From: Polyangiaceae bacterium
Lineage (GTDB): Bacteria; Myxococcota_A; Polyangia; Polyangiales; Polyangiaceae
Length of the DNA: 64,000 nt
Reading direction: 5' to 3'
NCBI GenBank assembly: GCA_044222475.1
Contig: JBGANF010000003.1
Span: 64,001-128,000, forward strand
Shown here: positions 58,065 through 64,000 of the stretch, piece after piece
How the letters are laid out: the number at the start of each line of letters is the position of its first letter
Numbering within the stretch: the stretch's first letter is position 1
Made by a program: the position numbers and the translations under genes
Notes under the pieces: generated by a model
What the model was told of the DNA's origin: nothing
Database searches by the model: none
The model's input: only the letters and a program-made list of their open reading frames with translations

Positions 58065-61000
58065 CTACTCGTCCGCTTTTGGCGGTTCCTCGGCTTGCGC
58101 GACATTTGCCTGCGGTGGCGCCTCGGGGGTCGCGGGCGGCGCTTGCGGTTGCGGCGACGGCTGCGCGTAGCCCGGCGGCACGGCGTATTGCGGCTGCACG
58201 ATCGGGCGCGGCGGCGACTTCTTCCACAGGCCTCCGTCGCTGAACGCGGTCCACCCCCAGCGCAGCCACTTGAGCAGCGCGAGCGCGACCCAGAGCGCCC
58301 ACGCCAGCATCGCGATGCGGTAGACGATCATCGGCACCGACACGACGAGAGCCGTCGGCAGCGCAGCGTCGGAGCGGTCTTGGTACCAGTGGAGGTACTC
58401 GTAGGCCGAGCCGTTGCCGCGAACCTGCATCTCCGGCGTGCCGAGCAGCCCTTGGTGGATCGCCACCGCGAGGAGCACGAGCGCGACCACGGTCCAGAGC
58501 CCGAGCAGCACCTGGCGCGTGTTGAACCACCCCGGGGCGAGGTCCTGGCGCTCCTTGCGCCAGCCCAGCGCGACGAGCCACCCGGCGAAGAGCGCGCCGA
58601 GCACGATGGGTACCTGCGAGAGCCCGATCGCGAGCAGCGTCCACTGCCACCAGCGGAGGGGCGTCCATCGGATCTTCCCGAGCGCGACGGCGACGCAGAG
58701 AAGGACGAGCAAGAGGCTCCAGAAGAGCACCGCCGGTCCGACGCGCGGGCCGAAGACGAACAGGATCCAACGCGAGCCGGGCTGCACGCTGACCGTCGTG
58801 TTGACGCTCGGCGCGCCGAGGTCGACCTGGGGCGTGTGGTATGCGATCCCGATCGCCGGCGTCTGACGCCACGTGAGCACCACGCTCTGCGCGCCCGGCA
58901 CGATCGCGATCGTGACCTTGCCGCCGTCCTGCCGTACCGGCTGCGACACGCCACTGACGGTGATCGTCTCGAGCTCGGCCCCGTCGGGCAGAGTGACGAC
59001 GTGGTTCGAGCCGCGGCTCGCGCGGATCGACAGCGTGAGCCGGACGTCGGTCGCGCGCAGACCAGGGCTCACGTCCATCGCCGACGAGTCGATGGTCAGC
59101 GACTGACCTGGCGTGCCGTCGGGACGGCTCAACGCGAGCGTCTCTTTTTCGCCCGGCCACGGACGAAACTCCGGGAGGTGCGGCATCCCGTCTTGCGCCG
59201 CCGCGTGAACGGCCGGGATGCCGGTGAAGGTGCCGTGCCAGATCGGACCGACGTCGACGCGCCACACCTCGGTCCAGGTCGTCGCCTTCGGGGCGACGAG
59301 ATCGAGCGGAGACTTCTGCTCCAGGACCGAGTGCCACTCGGCGGTCGTCGCCTGTGGGGCGATGTTGATCTGGGCCTTTCCGCCCACGACGCGCACGTCG
59401 GCCGTCGTCACCGACTCGCCGGGGAGCAGCGGAACCTCGAGGACCACTGCCGCGCCGGTGGGCGTGGTTCGTACCACTTTGGTATCGACCTGCCAGTTGA
59501 GACCGATCGAGAGCGTGCGCTCGACGCGAACGAACGGGGGCAGCGCCCCTGGCTGGAGCGCGCCCGATGCCGTCGTCCCCTCGATGCGTGTAAATTGCAG
59601 GTTGTCGTCGGCGAGCCCGTCCTCGTGAACGCCGGCCACCGACCAGCCCTTGGCCGTCGCCTCGACGTGGTGGGGCTTGAGCGGAAGCGCGAGCTGGACC
59701 GAGTCGCGCTCCGGGAGCTTGCCCTGGAAGACGACTTGGTGCGCGCCGGCCGGCACGGCCAGCCAGAGCGAGCCATCGCTCGTGCGGAGGAGCGACTTCG
59801 CCGCTTGGCCGTCGAGCGAGACGTCGTCGGGGAGCCACTGGCTCGCGTTGCCGGGGAGCGGCACCGCGGTCGCGGCCGCCGCGTCGAGCGCGAGTCGACC
59901 CGAGAGCGTGCCGCCGGCGATGTCGAGCGTGAGCCGACCGCTCGACGCGCAGTTCGGGAGGCAATCCGGCTTGGCCAGCAGCCTCGCGCGGAGCTCGTCG
60001 AGCACCTCCTTGGACGGGATGTCGGCTCGCGCCGAGCCCGGCCACAGCGTGATCGCCACGAGGACCGCCGCCGCCGCCGCCGGTCCCCAACCCTTCGGCC
60101 AGAAGCGTCCCGTCTGCGGGATCATCCGGAGGAGAACGAACGCGAGGAGCAGCAAGCGAACGAACGCGAGCGCGAAGTTCGCGGACGGCGGAACGAGCCA
60201 GAGGCTGAGGCGCTGGGTGGAGGCGACCGGACCGCTCCACGTGAGCGGGATCGACGACCAGCTCCACTTGGGGAGGCCCGGTCCCGTTTGGACGACGGCG
60301 TTCGGATCGTACGTCTCGGTGTTGAACTGCGCCTGCGGCGACTTCTTCGCTGGCGTGCTCGCCCAGCCGGTCACCGACGTGCCCGTCGCCATCGGGCTCG
60401 GCTGAATCGCCCGATCGGCCGGCACCTCGTTGGCTTTCTGCTCCAGGGCTTGCCCACCGAAGGTGTCACCCATCTGCCCTTCCTCGCCCTTCGCGCGAGT
60501 CCCGGTGCCGCCCTCCTTCTGGTCCATGTCGAATTCGCCGTCGCGGTAGAGCGCGTCGCCGCTGCCGACCGCGAGGTACTCGTTGGCGAGCACCGGGTAC
60601 ATGCCCTCGCGCACGTGCTGCACGAGGAACGGGATCGCGACGAGCGTCACGACGACGAGCATCCCGCCGCGCAACCAGCGCGCGATCTTCTGGAACACCC
60701 CGTCCGGCAACACGCGCACGAGCGCCTCGGCAGCGAGCACGACGAGCCACGTCCACTTCGGAGCGCCGTCCTCGGGGAGCGTGAGCGCGAGCATCACGAG
60801 CGCGATCGCGCCCCATCGCCAACCGTGCAACCGACCGATCGCGATGGATACGATCAGCGCGAGGAAGATCTCGAGGAGCGACCACTGGTGAATCCACGTC
60901 GCCGGGACCTCGTCGACGCCGGACGCATGGAGGAGACGCCAGCCCGGCGGCAGGTGGAGCGTGCCGGTCACCTGGTGGAAGTCGTGCTTCCACCCGACCG

Positions 61001-62312
61001 CGGGGATGTCGGACACCGAGCCGACGAGCCGGCTGTCGGCGGTGACGTCCAGCGCGCCCTGGCGGACCTCGACGCCCATGTGCGTCGGATCGCCGAGGTG
61101 CGTGATGAACTGATCGCGTCCGCCGATGGCGACGCGACCGAGCGTCGTCGGCGGATCCATCTCGAGGCGCGAGTCGCGGTTGAGCGTGCCGGTGAGCGCG
61201 TCCGAGATCGTGAAGCCACCACCGTCGAAGTCGAGCCACAACGTTCGGCGCAGCGTGAGCATGTTGGGCGGCGGATCGGCGTCGCCGCGGCGCCGCTCCT
61301 CGAACCCGAGCTCGTCGCCGACCTTCATCGGATACGCGGGCAGCTTCTTCCACGCCTCCGGGAGGCTCGTCTGGGCGGGATCGATCGAGCTCGGACCCTT
61401 GATGTCGACGAGGCGAAGGTCGGGTTTGGCTTCGAACGTCCAGACCTCTTCCCCTTCCCGCCACGGGCCCTCGGGCGCCGGTCGTTTGACGGACGCGGTC
61501 GCGCCTTCGCTGCGGGCGACGAGCTCGATGCTCCATCGACCCGGCCGCACTTGAACGCGAAGACGGCTGTCCGACTCGAGGCGTGCCGGCAGCTGGCTGT
61601 CGAGCGACATGGGGACGAAGCCGGGCGGGAGCGCCTTTCCGAGGAGGACCTCGCGGCTCTTGCCGGCGACGTCGAGCTCGAGGTGGGTCGTCAGAAGCAG
61701 CGGGATGTCGTCGGTGATCTTGCGATGCGCGAGGATCTCGAGCTTCTCCCCTTCTTCGGCGGTCGTCGTCTTCTGGAGGAAGACGTTGCCTCCAGCGTCA
61801 CGGTTCGGCGACGCGACGACGGCACCGCGAAGAGTGAGCGTCAGAAGTCCGGTCTCCGGCGGAACGCGCAACGACTCGGGCGGCGAGTCCCACGCGAAGC
61901 TCCCGGTGACGACGTGGTCACCGGCCGCGAGACGCACGGTGGGAACCGCCGCGCCGGTGATCACCACCGCGCTGGTGCCGTCGACCTTGGTGTCGAGCGG
62001 CCAGCGCTTCTCGTCTCCCGGCAGAGGCACCCACCCCGGGGCATCGACGTGCCACCGTTGGCTGAAGCGTCCGCCCTTCTCGTCGACGACGAGCTCGAGC
62101 CGCGAAGGCCAGACGCACCGCACGGCGTCCTTCTGTCCTTGGAGCGTCGGGCAGAGCGCGCTCCCCGAGTCCGCGAGCGCCCAGTCGGTCCAGGGCTTCA
62201 GCGGCTCGGGGACGTTCTTCCGATCGAGCGGCTCGGCGGCGAGGATCGCCGGCGCGAACACGAGTGCGAGGACGACGAGGACGAGCGCGTGCGCGCGAGC
62301 GAGGTACGGCAT
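58065..62312 (-). CDS. Very large multi-pass membrane protein (1416 codons) with internal duplication
   Basis: Signal peptide; two beta-rich extracytoplasmic regions, each followed by a TM bundle. TATGCT box 7 nt before ATG 62312. Confidence 0.8.
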   Translation of the reverse strand: MPYLARAHALVLVVLALVFAPAILAAEPLDRKNVPEPLKPWTDWALADSGSALCPTLQGQKDAVRCVWPSRLELVVDEKGGRFSQRWHVDAPGWVPLPGDEKRWPLDTKVDGTSAVVITGAAVPTVRLAAGDHVVTGSFAWDSPPESLRVPPETGLLTLTLRGAVVASPNRDAGGNVFLQKTTTAEEGEKLEILAHRKITDDIPLLLTTHLELDVAGKSREVLLGKALPPGFVPMSLDSQLPARLESDSRLRVQVRPGRWSIELVARSEGATASVKRPAPEGPWREGEEVWTFEAKPDLRLVDIKGPSSIDPAQTSLPEAWKKLPAYPMKVGDELGFEERRRGDADPPPNMLTLRRTLWLDFDGGGFTISDALTGTLNRDSRLEMDPPTTLGRVAIGGRDQFITHLGDPTHMGVEVRQGALDVTADSRLVGSVSDIPAVGWKHDFHQVTGTLHLPPGWRLLHASGVDEVPATWIHQWSLLEIFLALIVSIAIGRLHGWRWGAIALVMLALTLPEDGAPKWTWLVVLAAEALVRVLPDGVFQKIARWLRGGMLVVVTLVAIPFLVQHVREGMYPVLANEYLAVGSGDALYRDGEFDMDQKEGGTGTRAKGEEGQMGDTFGGQALEQKANEVPADRAIQPSPMATGTSVTGWASTPAKKSPQAQFNTETYDPNAVVQTGPGLPKWSWSSIPLTWSGPVASTQRLSLWLVPPSANFALAFVRLLLLAFVLLRMIPQTGRFWPKGWGPAAAAAVLVAITLWPGSARADIPSKEVLDELRARLLAKPDCLPNCASSGRLTLDIAGGTLSGRLALDAAAATAVPLPGNASQWLPDDVSLDGQAAKSLLRTSDGSLWLAVPAGAHQVVFQGKLPERDSVQLALPLKPHHVEATAKGWSVAGVHEDGLADDNLQFTRIEGTTASGALQPGALPPFVRVERTLSIGLNWQVDTKVVRTTPTGAAVVLEVPLLPGESVTTADVRVVGGKAQINIAPQATTAEWHSVLEQKSPLDLVAPKATTWTEVWRVDVGPIWHGTFTGIPAVHAAAQDGMPHLPEFRPWPGEKETLALSRPDGTPGQSLTIDSSAMDVSPGLRATDVRLTLSIRASRGSNHVVTLPDGAELETITVSGVSQPVRQDGGKVTIAIVPGAQSVVLTWRQTPAIGIAYHTPQVDLGAPSVNTTVSVQPGSRWILFVFGPRVGPAVLFWSLLLVLLCVAVALGKIRWTPLRWWQWTLLAIGLSQVPIVLGALFAGWLVALGWRKERQDLAPGWFNTRQVLLGLWTVVALVLLAVAIHQGLLGTPEMQVRGNGSAYEYLHWYQDRSDAALPTALVVSVPMIVYRIAMLAWALWVALALLKWLRWGWTAFSDGGLWKKSPPRPIVQPQYAVPPGYAQPSPQPQAPPATPEAPPQANVAQAEEPPKADE

Positions 62313-62339
62313 GCGGGCGAGCATAGCCCTGCATGGTCG

Positions 62340-63113
62340 TCAATGCGCGAGCCAACCCGCATCCATCGCGAACGCGGTGCCGGTGATGGACGCGGCCGCG
62401 TTCGAGCAGAGGAACGCGACGCACTCGCCGACCTCTTCCGGCTCGATCAGACGCTTCTGGGCGTTCTGGGTCAAGAGTACGCGCTCGGTGACTTCGCTCT
62501 CGTCCATGCCGTGGACGCGCGCTTGGTCGGCGATCTGCTTCTCGACGAGCGGCGTGCGCACGTACGAAGGGCATACCGTGTTCACCGTGACGTTCGGCGA
62601 TCGCGCCGCTGCTTCGAGGGCGACCGACTTGGTGAACCCCATGAGCCCGTGCTTCGCCGACACGTACGCGGACTTGTACGGCGAAGCGACGAGGCTGTGG
62701 ACGGAGCCGACGTTGACGACCCGCCCCCAGTTCTTCGCGAACATGCGCGGGAGGAGCTTCTGAACCAGGAGAAACGGCGCGGTGAGCATCGTCGCGAGGA
62801 GGAGATCCCACTTCGCCTCCTCGAACTCTTCGACCGGCCGCACGTGCTGGAGCCCGGCGTTGTTGACGAGGATGTCGACCTCGCCGGCCTCCCGCGCGAG
62901 GCGATGAAGCGACTCGCGCGAGGAGAGATCCGCGACGATCGCGCGAGCGCGCGGCACGCCGGCCGCGACGTCGCGGAGGAGATCCTCTTGGATGTCGCTC
63001 ATCACGACCTCCGCGCCGGCCGCCTCCAGCGCGCGCGCGACCGCCAACCCGATGCCGGACGCGGCGCCCGTGACGAGCGCGCGCCGACCGTTCAAGAACT
63101 CACCTCGCGTCAT
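62340..63113 (-). CDS. bdhA: D-3-hydroxybutyrate dehydrogenase (SDR)
   Basis: TGAASGIG, NNAGLQHV, SVHSLVASPYKSAYVSAKHG, CPSYVRTPLVEKQI. Confidence 0.92.
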   Translation of the reverse strand: MTRGEFLNGRRALVTGAASGIGLAVARALEAAGAEVVMSDIQEDLLRDVAAGVPRARAIVADLSSRESLHRLAREAGEVDILVNNAGLQHVRPVEEFEEAKWDLLLATMLTAPFLLVQKLLPRMFAKNWGRVVNVGSVHSLVASPYKSAYVSAKHGLMGFTKSVALEAAARSPNVTVNTVCPSYVRTPLVEKQIADQARVHGMDESEVTERVLLTQNAQKRLIEPEEVGECVAFLCSNAAASITGTAFAMDAGWLAH

Positions 63114-64000
63114 GACCGTTGCTCCTCGAGTCGTGTTTGCGGATGAAGTCGTGGAGGCGCGGGTAGATCACCTCGCGCCATCGACGTCCGCTGAAGATCC
63201 CGTAGTGACCGCACCCCGGCGCGGTGAAGTGCTCTTTGCGCGCGGGCTCGATGCCGGTGCACAGGTCGTGCGCGGCTTGGGTCTGCCCGCTGCCCGAGAT
63301 GTCGTCGAGCTCGCCCTCGATCGTGAAGAGCGCGACGCTCGTGATGTTCTCCGGAGCGACCCGGACGCCGCCGACGTGCCACGTGCCGCGCGGGAGGGCG
63401 TGGTCCTGGAAGACGACCTTGATCGTGTCGAGGTAGTACTCGGCCGGCATGTCGAGGACGGCGTTGTATTCGTCGTAGAAGCGGCGGTGCGCTTCGGCGC
63501 TCTCGTCGTCGCCTTTGACGAGATCCTTGTAGAAGTCCCAGTGCGACTGAAAATGCTTGTCCGGGTTCATCGCGACGAACCCGCCGAGCTGGAGGAAGCC
63601 GGGGTACACGCGGCGGAGGTAGCCGGGGTAGGCCTCGGGCACCTTGCAGATGACCGTGTTCTCGAACCACTCGTAGGGCTCGCGCGTGGCGAGGTCGTTC
63701 ACGGCGGTCGGGCTGCGACGCGTGTCGATGGGGCCGCCCATGAGGGTCATCGTGCGCGGGAGGTTCGGCTCGCCGGCGGTCGCCATCAGGGAGATCGCGG
63801 CGAGCACCGGCACGGTGGGCTGGCACACCGAGAGCACGTGGACGCCTTCGCCGAGCACGCCGAGGAACTCGCGGACGTAGGCGACGTAGTCGTCGAGGCC
63901 GAACGCGCCCTCGGACAGCGGGACGTCGCGCGCATCGAGCCAGTCGGTGACGTAGACGTCGTGGGAGTGCAGGAGCTGGCGAACGGTGTCGCGGAGGAGC
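63100..64000 (-). CDS. phaZ: Intracellular polyhydroxyalkanoate depolymerase (PhaZ1 type; 5' end outside window)
   Basis: Frame is open to the window end: LLRDTVRQLL..HDVYVTDW, VCQP catalytic Cys, GGPID, VYPGFLQL, EGELDDISG, GHYGIF. Confidence 0.92.
   Translation of the reverse strand, partial: LLRDTVRQLLHSHDVYVTDWLDARDVPLSEGAFGLDDYVAYVREFLGVLGEGVHVLSVCQPTVPVLAAISLMATAGEPNLPRTMTLMGGPIDTRRSPTAVNDLATREPYEWFENTVICKVPEAYPGYLRRVYPGFLQLGGFVAMNPDKHFQSHWDFYKDLVKGDDESAEAHRRFYDEYNAVLDMPAEYYLDTIKVVFQDHALPRGTWHVGGVRVAPENITSVALFTIEGELDDISGSGQTQAAHDLCTGIEPARKEHFTAPGCGHYGIFSGRRWREVIYPRLHDFIRKHDSRSNGHDAR

Noticed and set aside
57969..63146. 1725-aa plus-strand ORF
   Set aside because: Antisense shadow of the large membrane protein and bdhA; R/A/G-rich, no motifs, expected in high-GC DNA.

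Overview
GC-rich (roughly 70%) bacterial chromosomal segment that looks myxobacterial (Polyangiales/Sorangiineae-like). The evidence is four Hanks-type Ser/Thr kinases, a TPR/PEGA protein, a MYXO-CTERM-like tail and many Cys-lipoproteins carrying DAG motifs. About 52 real CDSs are supported, and most long ORFs in the six-frame track are antisense shadows. Housekeeping genes: ABC-F ATPase (partial), dnaJ, UvrD/Rep helicase, metB-like, proS, glyS, thyA-folA, acnA, bdhA and partial phaZ. I recognised no rRNA, tRNA, CRISPR array or transposase. The strongest finding is 37556-40243, a ClpA/B-type double AAA+ protein fused in frame to a release-factor-2-like module. That module keeps domains 1, 2 and 4 but lacks the GGQ domain 3 and the SPF motif, so it is a candidate ribosome-directed AAA+ factor. 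Other findings: an orphan T3SS/FliI ATPase directly downstream of dnaJ, TANNNT boxes 5-9 nt before many start codons (possible leaderless mRNAs), three families of intergenic palindromic repeats, a 1416-aa internally duplicated membrane protein, and a compositionally atypical SBBP/Ig adhesin that seems to have lost its own stop codon. All family assignments come from motif recognition by eye, not from database searches.
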